NCBI GenBank assembly: GCA_963737265.1
Contig: CAVTRY010000017.1
Coordinates: 32,001 to 96,000, forward strand
Length of the DNA stretch: 64,000 bases
Reading direction: 5' to 3'
Origin: an uncultured delta proteobacterium
Lineage (GTDB): Bacteria > Myxococcota_A > Polyangia > Fen-1088
Both the position numbers and the translations under genes were made by a program. Within the stretch, counting starts at the first letter, position 1, and each line of letters begins with the position of its first letter. Below the pieces are notes generated by a model. It did no database searches and was not told where the DNA came from. It saw only the letters and a list, made by a program, of their open reading frames with translations. Of the stretch, positions 52,427 to 63,231 are shown piece by piece.

Positions 52427-52467
52427 CGTGGCCGTGGCCGGGGCGATCTTCGTCGGCCACGGCCACG
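52427..52467. repeat. Intergenic 14-bp perfect inverted repeat within short hexamer-like repeats
   Basis: cgtggccgtggccg ... cggccacggccacg, followed by gtttacgacc twice. Confidence 0.6.
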
Positions 52468-52642
52468 TTTACGACCGCGTTTACGACCACCATTCATCGC
52501 TCCAACTGGGTGGCGCGTCCATCCTGGAAAGGCGACCTTTTCGGCCGCCCTCCGCGGCGTCGCTGCGCTTGTCGCGGGATTACGCGCTCTCGGCGCTCTA
52601 GCCGTTCCGGGCGATGCGCGCTAGTCTGCGTGTTCCACCATC

Positions 52643-54175
52643 ATGGCCAATTTCATTCCCGACCGAGCCAAGTTTCTGGACCTTGCCCGCCAAGGCCGCC
52701 TTTGCTTCGTCTATCGCGAGTGGTTGGCCGATGCCGATACGCCGGTGTCCGTGTTCGCCAAGCTTGGCCGTGGTCCGTACTCGTTCCTGCTTGAGAGCGT
52801 GGTGGGCGGGGAAAAATGGGCGGCGTACAGCTTCGCTGGCGTGCGCCCGCGCGCCGTGATCCGCGCCAAGGGCAAGGACATCGAGGTGCTCAAGCCCGAC
52901 GGCGCTGGCTTCGCCGTCGCCGAGCGCTTGCGCTCCGAGAACCCGATGGCGTACGTCTCCGACGCGCTGGCGGGGATGCCAGCCGCGGTGCCCCCCGGCT
53001 TGCCGCGGTTTTTTGGTGGTGCCGTGGGGTGGTTGGGTTACGACGTGGTTCGCCACTTCGAACGCCTGCCCGAGCGCGCGCCCGACGAGCTCGGCCTGCC
53101 GGACATGTGCTTCGCCCTCACCGACACCGTGGTGGTTTTCGACAACCTGCGCGGAACGCTCAAGGTTGTCGCGTCGGTCGACGTGGCCGGCAAGGATCCC
53201 GGCAAGGCCTACGACGAAGCGTGCGCCAAAGTGGAAGAAATCTGTGCGCGCCTGACCTTGCCCGCGCCGGCGCTAGCACCGCTCGATCTGGGCGGCGGCC
53301 TCATGCCGGCGAGCGCGGTCGCGCCCGCGTCTCGCACCAGCAGGGCCGACTACATGGCCGGCGTGGACAAGATCAAGCAATACATCCTGGCCGGCGATGC
53401 CTTCCAGGTCGTGCTTTCCCAGCGCTTCGACGTGCCTCGCGGCGGCGTGGATCCCTTCGACGTCTACCGCGTGCTGCGCGTGACCAACCCGTCGCCCTAC
53501 ATGTTTCACCTGGAATTTCCCGAGGCCGTGGTGACGGGAGCCTCGCCCGAAGTCCTGGTGCGCATGGACGGCCGCAAAGTGGAAGTGCGGCCCATCGCCG
53601 GCACGCGACGACGCGGGGCCAATCCAGCCGAAGACCTGGCCCTCGAACGGGAGTTGCTCGCCGACCCCAAGGAGCGGGCGGAGCACGTCATGCTCATCGA
53701 CCTCGGCCGCAATGACATAGGTCGCGTGTCCGTGCCTGGTTCGGTCCATCTCGACGAAAGCATGGTGGTCGAGCGCTACTCGCACGTCATGCACCTGGTG
53801 TCGAACGTCAGCGGCGTGCTAGCCAACGGGCTTTCCGCCAAGGATGTGGTGAAGGCGGCTTTCCCGGCCGGGACCCTGTCCGGCGCGCCCAAGATCCGCG
53901 CCATGCAAATCATCGAAGAGCTGGAACCTTCCCGCCGCGGGGTCTACGGCGGCGCGGTGGGATATCTTTCGTACACGGGCAACATGGATCTGGCCATCGC
54001 CATTCGCACGCTGGTCACGACTGGCGACACCATCCACGTGCAGGCCGGTGCCGGCATCGTGGCGGACAGTCAGCCCGCGGCCGAACACGAGGAATGCGTG
54101 AACAAGGCGCGCGCCGTGATGACGGCGGTGGAGCTGGTCCGGCAATCGAAACGCGCAGTCAGCGGGGGTGGCTAG
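52643..54175 (+). CDS. trpE: Anthranilate synthase component I
   Basis: FLLESV, NPSPYM, PIAGTR, KERAEH and [11 protein letters not shown] motifs. Confidence 0.95.
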   Translation: MANFIPDRAKFLDLARQGRLCFVYREWLADADTPVSVFAKLGRGPYSFLLESVVGGEKWAAYSFAGVRPRAVIRAKGKDIEVLKPDGAGFAVAERLRSENPMAYVSDALAGMPAAVPPGLPRFFGGAVGWLGYDVVRHFERLPERAPDELGLPDMCFALTDTVVVFDNLRGTLKVVASVDVAGKDPGKAYDEACAKVEEICARLTLPAPALAPLDLGGGLMPASAVAPASRTSRADYMAGVDKIKQYILAGDAFQVVLSQRFDVPRGGVDPFDVYRVLRVTNPSPYMFHLEFPEAVVTGASPEVLVRMDGRKVEVRPIAGTRRRGANPAEDLALERELLADPKERAEHVMLIDLGRNDIGRVSVPGSVHLDESMVVERYSHVMHLVSNVSGVLANGLSAKDVVKAAFPAGTLSGAPKIRAMQIIEELEPSRRGVYGGAVGYLSYTGNMDLAIAIRTLVTTGDTIHVQAGAGIVADSQPAAEHEECVNKARAVMTAVELVRQSKRAVSGGG

Positions 54176-54177
54176 CC

Positions 54178-54753
54178 ATGCTTCTCGTCATCGATAACTA
54201 CGATTCGTTCACCTACAATCTGGTGCAATACCTGGCCGAGCTCGGGCAGGACGTGAAGGTCGTGCGCAACGATGAAGTAACGGTTGATGATATTTCCAGT
54301 ATGTCACCGGAACGTATCGTCATTTCGCCAGGTCCATGTACGCCAAATGAGGCAGGAATTTCGCTCGAAGTGTTGCACAAGCTGGCCGGCAAGATGCCCA
54401 TCCTCGGCGTGTGCCTCGGCCACCAGGCCATCGGCCAAGCTTTCGGCGGCAAGGTCATTCGCGCGAAGGAGGTCGTGCACGGCAAGACGTCGCGCGTGTT
54501 TCACGACGAGCGCGGACTGTTCGCCGGTCTCACCAATCCGTTCGAGGCGACCCGCTACCACTCGCTGGTCATCGAAAGGCAGAGCATTCCCGATTGCTTG
54601 GAAATCACCGCCAAGACCTGGGACGACGAAATCATGGGCGTGCGCCACAAGACCCTCCCGGTCGAAGGCGTGCAGTTCCACCCCGAGTCGTTCCTCACCA
54701 CCGTGGGCAAGGACATCTTGCGCAACTTCATCGCCATGGGGAAACCGGCGTGA
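54178..54753 (+). CDS. trpG: Anthranilate synthase component II (glutamine amidotransferase)
   Basis: [21 protein letters not shown] and QFHPES motifs. Confidence 0.95.
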   Translation: MLLVIDNYDSFTYNLVQYLAELGQDVKVVRNDEVTVDDISSMSPERIVISPGPCTPNEAGISLEVLHKLAGKMPILGVCLGHQAIGQAFGGKVIRAKEVVHGKTSRVFHDERGLFAGLTNPFEATRYHSLVIERQSIPDCLEITAKTWDDEIMGVRHKTLPVEGVQFHPESFLTTVGKDILRNFIAMGKPA

Positions 54754-55790
54754 CCGCAGATGCCGGCCCTAGCATTCGCGAAGCCCTGGCCGCGTTGGTC
54801 GAAGGCATGAGCCTTTCGGCCGGGGCCATGACCGCAGTGGTCGGGCAAATCATGGACGGCGCCGCGACGCCCGCCCAAGTCGGCGCGCTGCTCGCGGCCC
54901 TGCGCATGAAGGGCGAGACCGTCGACGAGGTCGTGGGTGCGGCCCAGGCCATGCGCCAGCGCATGCTTCGCGTGGACACCGACATGCCCGTGCTGCTCGA
55001 TACCTGCGGCACCGGTGGCGACGGCTCGGGTTCGGTGAATGTTTCGACCCTGGCGGCGTTCATTCTCGCCGCCTGCGGGGTCAAGGTCGCCAAACACGGC
55101 AATCGGGCGCTGTCCTCGCGTTCTGGCTCGCACGATGTTCTCGAGGCGCTCGGCATCGATCCCGCGCCCGGGCCGGAAGCCGCGCGACGATGTTTACAGC
55201 AGCTCGGCGTGTGCTTCATGTTCGCTCCCGCCTACCACGCTGCCACCAAACACGCGGCCGGTCCGCGGCGCGAGGTCGGCTTCCGCACGCTGTTCAACTT
55301 GCTCGGCCCTCTCACCAATCCGGCGGGCACGCGCTATCACGTCAACGGCGTCTTTGCGCGCGAGCGCTGCGAATTTCTGGCCCAGGCCCACGAACAAATG
55401 GGCTCGCTGCGTGCCATGGTGGTCCACGGCGCTGGCGGGCTGGACGAGTTCGCACCCGCGGGCGCGACTTTCGTGGCCGAGCTGCGTGACGGCAAGGTGC
55501 GCTGCTACGACGTCAGCCCGGCGGACTTCGGCCTGGCCGAAGCCAGCGATGAGCTCAAAGGCGGCGAGCCCGCGAAAAATGCGCACATGCTGCTGGACTC
55601 GCTGCGCGGAAAGAACGGAGCCGGGCGGGTGGCCGCGCTCATGACCGCGGCGGCGGGACTCGTCGTGACCGGCGGCGCCGCCGACTTTCGCGCAGGCGCC
55701 GTCCTGGCCTCCGCCGCGCTCGACAGCGGCCGGGCACTTGTCGTTCTAGAGCGCCTGCGCGAGCTATCCCCGGCACCCGGCAAGTCATGA
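54750..55790 (+). CDS. trpD: Anthranilate phosphoribosyltransferase
   Basis: [18 protein letters not shown] and GPLTNPA motifs. Confidence 0.95.
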   Translation: MTADAGPSIREALAALVEGMSLSAGAMTAVVGQIMDGAATPAQVGALLAALRMKGETVDEVVGAAQAMRQRMLRVDTDMPVLLDTCGTGGDGSGSVNVSTLAAFILAACGVKVAKHGNRALSSRSGSHDVLEALGIDPAPGPEAARRCLQQLGVCFMFAPAYHAATKHAAGPRREVGFRTLFNLLGPLTNPAGTRYHVNGVFARERCEFLAQAHEQMGSLRAMVVHGAGGLDEFAPAGATFVAELRDGKVRCYDVSPADFGLAEASDELKGGEPAKNAHMLLDSLRGKNGAGRVAALMTAAAGLVVTGGAADFRAGAVLASAALDSGRALVVLERLRELSPAPGKS

Positions 55791-56566
55791 TCCTCGACGA
55801 GATCCTGGACGAGAAGAAACGAACGGTCGGTTACAGCCGCTTTCGCATGCCACTCGCCGATGTGGAAAAGCAAGCCGCGGCGGCAGTCTCACCACGCAGC
55901 TTCGGCCTGGCCCTGCGCTCGGCCAAGGGCGTGGCGTGCATCGCTGAATTCAAGCGGCGGTCACCGTCCAAGGGTTGGATCTGTCGCGATGCCGACGTGG
56001 CGGCCGTCGCAACGGCCTATGAAGATGCGGGGGCGGCGGCGCTGTCGGTGCTGACCGATACGCCGTTTTTCGGTGGCAGCCTCGACGATCTTCGCCAAGC
56101 GCGCGACGCCGCTTGGCTGCCCATCCTGCGCAAGGATTTCATCATCGACGCATACCAAATCGCCGAGGCGCGCGCGGCGGGCGCGGATGCCGTGCTGCTC
56201 ATCGTGGCGGCCCTGCGCGACGAGGATCTGCGCGAGCTGCTGGTCGAAACCGAACACTGGGGCATGGAAGCCCTGGTCGAAACCCACGATACCGGCGAGG
56301 TCGAGCGCGCCGTGGCCGCCGGCGCGCGAATCATCGGCGTCAACCATCGCGATCTGCGCACGTTCGAGATGAACATGGAGCTGGCGACGGCCATGCGTCC
56401 CCTGATTCCATCCGACCGTCTGGTCGTGGCCGAATCGGGAATTCGCACGGCCGCGGATGTTCGGCGCCTGCGCGCGGCGGGCGTGGACGCGATTTTGGTG
56501 GGCGAAACGCTCATGCAGTCGCCCGATCCAGGGGCCGCCTTGCGGGCGTTGCTGGCAGAGCCATGA
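55787..56566 (+). CDS. trpC: Indole-3-glycerol phosphate synthase
   Basis: IAEFKRRSPSKG, LSVLTD, LRKDF and AESGI motifs. Confidence 0.95.
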   Translation: MILDEILDEKKRTVGYSRFRMPLADVEKQAAAAVSPRSFGLALRSAKGVACIAEFKRRSPSKGWICRDADVAAVATAYEDAGAAALSVLTDTPFFGGSLDDLRQARDAAWLPILRKDFIIDAYQIAEARAAGADAVLLIVAALRDEDLRELLVETEHWGMEALVETHDTGEVERAVAAGARIIGVNHRDLRTFEMNMELATAMRPLIPSDRLVVAESGIRTAADVRRLRAAGVDAILVGETLMQSPDPGAALRALLAEP

Positions 56567-57201
56567 GCTTTCTCGTCAAGATTTGCGGCATCACGCGTCC
56601 GGAGGACGCGGCGCTGGCGTGTCGCGAAGGCGCGGACGCCATCGGCGTGAATTTCTGGCGCGGCTCGAAGCGCTTCGTTGAAGATGGCCAAGTGCGGGAA
56701 ATTCTCGCCGCGGTGTCGCCGGGCGTGCTCAAGATTGGTGTTTTCGTCAATCCACACCCGCTCGCAGTTTCGGAAAGCCTGGCCGAGCTCGGCCTCGACA
56801 TGATCCAGTTCCACGGCGACGAGCAGCCACAGGCTTGGTCGTCTCTGCCTGGCAAACAGGTGGTTCGCGCCATTCGCGTGCTCGACGAGGGATCCTTTGC
56901 CGCAGCCGTGGGCTGGAATCCCCGCTACTTCCTCTACGATTCGTTCGGCGACGGCTATGGTGGCACCGGCAAGCAAGCTCCTTGGCCATTCTTGGCCGCG
57001 GGCGCACGCAGGCCGTTCCTGCTGGCGGGCGGGCTTGACCCCGGCAACGTAGCCGCCGCCATCGCGGCCACGCATCCCGACGGCGTTGACGTTGCCAGCG
57101 GCGTCGAAGGTTCTACCGGCATCAAGGATCGCGCCCTCGTGACCGCGTTCATCGCCAATGCCCGCGCGGCGGCCGGGCAGCTCGGTTCGGCTATCCGATG
57201 A
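56563..57201 (+). CDS. trpF: Phosphoribosylanthranilate isomerase
   Basis: KICGIT, QFHGDE, GGTG, LAGGL and DVASGVE motifs. Confidence 0.95.
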   Translation: MSFLVKICGITRPEDAALACREGADAIGVNFWRGSKRFVEDGQVREILAAVSPGVLKIGVFVNPHPLAVSESLAELGLDMIQFHGDEQPQAWSSLPGKQVVRAIRVLDEGSFAAAVGWNPRYFLYDSFGDGYGGTGKQAPWPFLAAGARRPFLLAGGLDPGNVAAAIAATHPDGVDVASGVEGSTGIKDRALVTAFIANARAAAGQLGSAIR

Positions 57202-57826
57202 GCTTGTTCGACGGGCCGCGGCCCTCGCGCACCACCGTGATCCAGTCGCCGGCCAAGCTGACCACCGTCGACGGCGGCCCGGAAAGCGTGCCGGCATCGA
57301 TGATGAGGTCGAGACTCTTGCCGTACTCGCGTTGAATTTCGAGGGCCGAGGTGAGCGTGTCGCCCGACAGCGACTTCGCGGTGGCCGAGAGCAGGGGTTT
57401 GCCCAAAGCCCACAGGATCTTTTCGCACAGGGCGGTGCCGGGAATGCGAATCCCGATGGTGCGGCGGTCTTCGTGGACGAAGGGCGTGGGGACGCCTGGA
57501 CCGGCCAGCAATTCCGCGCAGTACGGACCCGGAAAGATCTTACGGAGCACGTTGTACGAAGAGTCCGTGACCAGCGCATAGCGCGGCACCTCGCCGAGAT
57601 CGGGCAGAAGAAAGGTCAGCGGCCGCTGGGCGGCGTCGAACCCGCGCATGGTCTGGATGCGCTTGATGGCTTCGTCTTCGCCGAACATGCAGCCGATGCC
57701 ATAGAGAGTGTCGGTCGGGAACGCGACCACACCGCCCTTTTTGAAAACGTCGACGGCTCTTTGCAGGACGTCGTCATCAGGCCGCGATGGGGCAACCGCG
57801 ATAATGGGTGCGAATGATGGAGGCAT
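57191..57826 (-). CDS. Sua5/YciO/YrdC-family threonylcarbamoyl-AMP synthase
   Basis: AFPTDTLYGIG, PGPY, TIGIRIP and PSTVV motifs. Confidence 0.88.
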   Translation of the reverse strand: MPPSFAPIIAVAPSRPDDDVLQRAVDVFKKGGVVAFPTDTLYGIGCMFGEDEAIKRIQTMRGFDAAQRPLTFLLPDLGEVPRYALVTDSSYNVLRKIFPGPYCAELLAGPGVPTPFVHEDRRTIGIRIPGTALCEKILWALGKPLLSATAKSLSGDTLTSALEIQREYGKSLDLIIDAGTLSGPPSTVVSLAGDWITVVREGRGPSNKLIG

Positions 57827-57912
57827 AGGTTAGCCACATACGGGTAGCGCGGGATCGACCGAGAAGCAAGTCATGGTCGCCGGATTCTGATCTACACTCG
57901 ACAACCAACAAG

Positions 57913-59996
57913 ATGCACGCCTGGTTGCCGCTGCTCTTTTTCTTTCCACGCCCGCAAGCGCCGCACCGCCGCAGCACAAGGTCGATATGCGCATCGCGGG
58001 TCCTTTGGCGATGGTCGAGGTCTGGCGTAGCGTGGACGCACGATCATCAGCGGGGGATCGGCCGAGCGAAACCGTCCTCGATCTCGCCTTGCCCGAAGGC
58101 GCTGCCCTTCTCGACTGGGAGGTCGTCGAGCGCGGCCGGCACACCTGGCTGTCAAAGCAGAGCCCCGGCCGGGTCAGCGCGGGTCTGACAGCAGCGTTGC
58201 GACTGCGCCAGTTGTCGCTCGCGACCACACCCATCGAGGAAGGCACCGACTACCGCGTGCACGTGGCGCCGATTGCCGATGGGGGAACGGCCGTCTTGCA
58301 CTATCGCTACTCGGCCGTCGTCGGCTGTGGCGAGGGCCGGCTGGTCTTGCGCATGCCGGGCAACCTGGAGGCCAATCCTGTCCCGGCCGAGGTGACAGTT
58401 CGCTTCGACCCGCTGCCGGATGGTCGCGCGATTGCCGAGGCCAGCGTGGCTTCTACGGCTGTTCCGCTTCGCCGTCCCGAACGCCGTTTGCTCGCGCGCG
58501 GGATCGCGCCCGCACGGGATGGGTGGGAAATCGCGTGGCGCTACGCCGGGACGCTCGGGAGCTTCCCCGGTCACGTGCTGGCCGCGGCAGGCAACGGTTC
58601 GTCGCGGGCGTCTTTCGCCACGGTCGGGGCCGTGTGCCGAGCCGATCGCGCGGCGAAACTGGAAGCTCCCGCGCACGTGATCTTGCTGGTGGATCGCTCG
58701 CGCAGCGTCGGGCCGGGCGGGATGTCGGCGGAGCGTGCGCTTGCCCGCGCACTCATGGAGGCGCTGCCGCCGTCGGTGGCGTTCAACGCGGTTCTCTTCG
58801 GTAGCACCGCCGCGCCGGTGTTCGCCTTGCCCAGACTGGCCACGCGGGAGGCGCTCGACGCTTTCACCGCCGCGGCAGATCCCCATGGGCTGGAAAATGG
58901 AACAGATGTCACGCTTGCCCTCGCGCGCGCCCGAACCATGATCGATGCCGAGCAGAACGAAAGCGCCGGCCGCACCTGGGTCGTGCTGATCACCGACGGA
59001 GCCTTGCCCGCCAGCCAGACCTTCGAGCGCATGCGCGGCGCGCTTGCCGGCACCCACGACGAGCGGGTGAAGGTGCTCGTGCTATTTGCGCGCCAGCATG
59101 GGGACGACGAAGTTCCCGCGCCAGCCGTGGCGGAATACGCCGCGTTCGTGCGAAAGTTCGGCGGTATGGTGCACGCCATTCCTGCGGGCGACGCGGCGGA
59201 AAGCGCGCGCGCCATCGTGGATGCGATGGGCAGGGGAGGGGATCTGCTGGATGTCCGCTTGGGGAGCGCCAGGCTGGCCGACGTCTTGTTGCCCGGCCAG
59301 GGTGCACATATCTGGTTCGCCGGTTCAGCTCGTCCACCACGTCGGGTGCGCTTTGTCGCCCGCGGTGTCGACGGAGACGTGCACGCCGAGTCCATCCCCG
59401 TGATGGTCGATCGCCAATGGATAGCGCCGATCTTCGAAGACTATTCGCACGGAGCGTGGTCCGGCGCCACATCGAGCCTGGCTGTCGCGATCTTGCCGGT
59501 CAGGCCTGGCTTGCCCGCCGCCAAGAACGCCGCCGACGTCGTCCACGGCCAGATGGATCCCACCGTGCTGCGCAACACCCTGGCGCTCGCCTTCATGCCA
59601 CGTGCGCGCGCCTGCTACCTTTCGCGCCGGGTCGCGCGGGCCGGCGATGCCTATCTGCGCGGTCGCATGCGTTTGCAACTAACCTTGGAGCGTGGCGAGC
59701 TTCACGATGCGGTGATTCGCCAGTCGACGCTCGACAATCCGACGGTCGAGACCTGCGTGCGCGACGCTGCCTTCGCCATCGAGTATCCGCGGCCGGAACA
59801 TCGCGACGCTCCGACAGTCGCCAACCTGAATCTGGTGTTTCGGCCGCACACCGCAGAGGAGACAGCGCCGGACGCTTCGGCCCAGAATCGCGAGATTGAC
59901 CGCGAGCTTGATGTGATTCTGGGTCCGGTGACCTATCCCGCAGATGCCAAGGATCTCATTCCCGACGACGCCCCAAACAAATCGCCCGGTCCATGA
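57913..59996 (+). CDS. Secreted VIT-like/vWA-domain protein with a TonB/AgmX-like C-terminal domain, apparent frameshift at 57937-57941
   Basis: DRSRSV MIDAS and LITDG motifs. Signal peptide MHAWLPLLFF lies one frame off the main ORF (57987-59996). Confidence 0.7.
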
Positions 59997-60063
59997 GCCC
60001 TGCAGCTTGACCTTCGCGTCGCACCCGACTATAAACCCACGTCTTTCAAGAGGTTCGCACACC

Positions 60064-60804
60064 ATGTCACAGAAGATGGGCCTGATCGGCCGCAAGTTGG
60101 GGATGACTCGCTACTTTCACGACGACGGCTCGTCGCTCGGTTGCACCGTGCTTGAGATCGGTCCTTGTGTCGTTACCGGACAGCGTACCGTGGAAAAGCA
60201 CGGCTATTCGGCGCTGCAGCTCGGTTTCGAGGAGCAGAACACGCGTAGTATGACCCGTCCCCAGGCGGGCTACTTCAAGAAGGCCGGCATCGAGAAGGTG
60301 TCGGCGGTCGTGCGCGAAATTCGCCTCGATGACGGCAAGGACGTCGCAAAGCACGATGTGGGCAAGGTCCTCACCGCCGCCGAGTGCTTCAAGGCCGGCG
60401 ATGTCGTCGACGTGTCGGGCGTGACCAAGGGCAAGGGCTACCAAGGCGTCATGAAGCTGCACAAGATGGCAGGCGACACCGACACCCACGGTACGCACGA
60501 GTTCTTCCGCCACGGCGGTTCCATCGGTTGCCGGCTTACGCCCGGCCGCGTGCACAAGGGCAAGCGCATGTCCGCGCGCATGGGCACCAACAACTACACC
60601 TCGTCCGACCTGGTGGTTGTGAAGATCCTCGAAGACAAGAACGTCGTCATCGTGAAGGGCTCGGTTCCGGGGCCCATCAACGGCATCGTCGTGCTCAAGG
60701 GCAGCACCAAGAACGTACGCAAGTATATCGTGCCGGTCATTCAGCGCGAGGTCGAGGCCAAGAACCCGATGAAGGCCTCCAAGAAGGCCGCCGCTGGCAA
60801 GTAG
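60064..60804 (+). CDS. rplC: 50S ribosomal protein L3
   Basis: GRKLGMT, GYSALQLGF, VDVSGVTKGKGYQG, GSIG and VKGSVPG motifs. Confidence 0.95.
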   Translation: MSQKMGLIGRKLGMTRYFHDDGSSLGCTVLEIGPCVVTGQRTVEKHGYSALQLGFEEQNTRSMTRPQAGYFKKAGIEKVSAVVREIRLDDGKDVAKHDVGKVLTAAECFKAGDVVDVSGVTKGKGYQGVMKLHKMAGDTDTHGTHEFFRHGGSIGCRLTPGRVHKGKRMSARMGTNNYTSSDLVVVKILEDKNVVIVKGSVPGPINGIVVLKGSTKNVRKYIVPVIQREVEAKNPMKASKKAAAGK

Positions 60805-60838
60805 CCGGCAACTCGTCGGAAAGTAGCAGCGTCCTGGC

Positions 60839-61447
60839 TTGAGCCGCCAGCTTCGCGATCGCAGCGCACGCCACGACGCCTTTTTCCGCAAGGCGCGCAA
60901 CGAGGGCTTCGCGGCGCGTGCGGTGTACAAGCTGGAGGACATCGACAAGCGCATGAGCGTGCTACGCGCTGGCGCGCGCGTGCTCGACCTGGGCTGCCGG
61001 CCGGGTTCGTGGATGCAGTACGCGTGCAAGGTCGTCGGCCCCCACGGCAAGGTGGTGGGCGTCGACCGGTTGCCGTTGCCCGCGCCCGTGCCCGGCGCCC
61101 ACGTGATCTTGGCCGACATCTACACGCTCTCCGACGAAGAGCTGCTGTGCGGCTTGGCGGCCTACGATGTCGTTCTTTCCGACATGGCACCCGACACCAC
61201 CGGGATTCGCGCCACCGACCAGGCGCGCTCCGCAAATCTCGTCGAGGAAGCCCTCAAGCGCGCCGAGCGCCTACTGGCGCCGCTCGGTTGCTTAGTGGCG
61301 AAGATCTTCCAGAGCCCCGACGTCGAGAAGCTGCGCAAACAAATGTCCGTGCGATTCGGCGAAGTCCGCTTGCTGAAGCCCGAAGGCTCGCGCAGTCAGA
61401 GCACCGAGCTGTATCTCGTCGGCAAAGGCTTCGGGCCACCGAGATAG
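60839..61447 (+). CDS. rlmE: RlmE/FtsJ 23S rRNA methyltransferase
   Basis: [24 protein letters not shown] and [13 protein letters not shown] motifs. Confidence 0.9.
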   Translation: MSRQLRDRSARHDAFFRKARNEGFAARAVYKLEDIDKRMSVLRAGARVLDLGCRPGSWMQYACKVVGPHGKVVGVDRLPLPAPVPGAHVILADIYTLSDEELLCGLAAYDVVLSDMAPDTTGIRATDQARSANLVEEALKRAERLLAPLGCLVAKIFQSPDVEKLRKQMSVRFGEVRLLKPEGSRSQSTELYLVGKGFGPPR

Positions 61448-61517
61448 CTGGAAGCGTGGGCCGTGCCGGCGACAGCGGCGACCCCGGCCGGCACGATATT
61501 CGCAGAGCTTGCCGGCC

Positions 61518-62588
61518 ATGCAGCCTCGTATCCAAAACGGCGGCCAGGGAGCCAGGATCATTCCTTTCGTCCGACCGAATTTCCGACCGAATCTCCGACC
61601 GAATCCCGGCCGACCGGCCGAGATTCCGACCAACCCACCGCGCCTTCTCGACCAAGTCCGAGCAAGCCTGCGAGCCCGGCACTACAGCCGGCGCACCGAG
61701 AAGGCGTACGTCGCATGGATTCGCCGATTCATCCTGTTCCACGGCAAGCGCCATCCTGAAGAGATGGGCGGGGTCGAAGTTGGCGCGTACCTTTCCAGCC
61801 TGGCCAGCGAAGCAAAAGTCAGCGCTTCGACGCAAAACCAGGCGCTGGCGGCGCTGCTATTCCTTTATCAGCAAGTGCTGGGGCGCGAGCTGGAATGGCT
61901 GGGAGAACTGGTTCACGCCAAAGGTCCGGTGCGCGTACCCGTCGTGCTGGGACGTGACGAAGCGCGATCTTTGCTCACGCATTTGCAGGGCCCGGCGTGG
62001 CTGATTTGCGCGCTTCTCTACGGCAGCGGCATGCGCTTACTCGAGGTGCTGCAGTTGCGCGTCAAGGACATCGACCTGAATCGCCGCGAAATCACCGTTC
62101 GCAGAGGCAAGGGCCAGAAAGACCGCCGAACTGTTCTACCCGGCACGCTGGTCGAACCCCTGCGCGCCCACCTGGCGGCCGTCAAGACGCAGCACGATGC
62201 GGATATCAACCTGGGTGCCGGCGCCGTGGTTCTGCCTGATGCCATCGGTCGCAAGTACCCGAGCGCCCCGCAAGAATGGATCTGGCAGTGGGTCTTTCCC
62301 GCAACCCGCACGTACACCGATCTCGCAAGTCGGGAAGTTCGTCGCCACCACCTGCACGAATCCGTCATCCAGCGCGCCGTTCGCCGCGCCGCCGTGGCCG
62401 CGCGCATTCCCAAGCTGGTCAGCCCCCACACCCTGCGTCATTCCTTCGCCACCCACCTGCTGGAAGACGGCTACGACATCCGCACCATTCAGGAGTTGCT
62501 AGGCCACAAAGACGTGGCCACGACCATGGTCTACACCCACGTCCTGAACCGCGGCGCTGGCGGAGTCCGAAGCCCTCTCGACCACTGA
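61518..62588 (+). CDS. intI: Integron integrase (tyrosine recombinase)
   Basis: [22 protein letters not shown], IntI-specific insert [10 protein letters not shown]...[18 protein letters not shown] and TMVYTHV. Confidence 0.95.
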   Translation: MQPRIQNGGQGARIIPFVRPNFRPNLRPNPGRPAEIPTNPPRLLDQVRASLRARHYSRRTEKAYVAWIRRFILFHGKRHPEEMGGVEVGAYLSSLASEAKVSASTQNQALAALLFLYQQVLGRELEWLGELVHAKGPVRVPVVLGRDEARSLLTHLQGPAWLICALLYGSGMRLLEVLQLRVKDIDLNRREITVRRGKGQKDRRTVLPGTLVEPLRAHLAAVKTQHDADINLGAGAVVLPDAIGRKYPSAPQEWIWQWVFPATRTYTDLASREVRRHHLHESVIQRAVRRAAVAARIPKLVSPHTLRHSFATHLLEDGYDIRTIQELLGHKDVATTMVYTHVLNRGAGGVRSPLDH

Positions 62589-62744
62589 CAACGGGCGCAA
62601 AGAACGTGGCTCCCATATTTATCCGGCCGCCGCGCCGTTATTATCCGGCAGGCCGGCTGGTCGCCTCGCATGAAGCAGACGCATCCAAGTCCGCGAAATG
62701 ACTGGAACGGCACCCCCGCTTTCAGCCATCACGGCGTGCATCCA

Positions 62745-62791
62745 GCGTTGGGATATTGATTATTTTTCGTGGGATAATGGTAGTTCGACGG
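62745..62791 (+). promoter_or_regulatory. Putative attI site with crossover G/TTCGAC at 62783
   Basis: AT-rich patch ending in GTTCGACGG, the exact reverse complement of CCGTCGAAC at the start of the downstream attC. Confidence 0.6.
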
Positions 62792-63017
62792 TCAAACGAC
62801 TGGCAAGGCGACGGGTATCGGAGGGCCCGGACGGAACAATATCTCAGGTCGGCGTGCGACTGGGCGTCGCCGGCCGTACCACTTGCGGCGGCGATCGGTG
62901 CTCGCGACGGCAATCACGGCAGGTCGGCGAACCTTGGCGCTGGCATCGGCAGCGAAGATGTTTGATCTCACAGGATCCCAAGGACGAGGGTTCGCCGTCG
63001 AACAAGCCGTTGCAGCG
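62784..63017 (+). mobile_element. First integron cassette (short, no clear ORF) ending in a truncated attC (62995-63017)
   Basis: CCGTCGAAC-AAGCC-GTTGCAGCG resembles the R''-spacer-L'' arm of attC, then the sequence switches abruptly. Confidence 0.65.
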
Positions 63018-63231
63018 CTCGTAGGCAGTGCAAGTAAAAAGAACAGGGAGTGATTCGGGTCGTCTGGGCACACGAGATCCGTTCCGCGGTCAGGAAGATG
63101 CGGTGGAAAGGATCAGGTGCGCGAAGAAGATTTGAGCGGGCGAGAGATCGGGAGGCAATCGGCCTGGTAATCGAAACGCTCCAGTAGGATGTCCGCGAGG
63201 GCCGGCATCGAGTCAGCTTGCAACGGAGATT

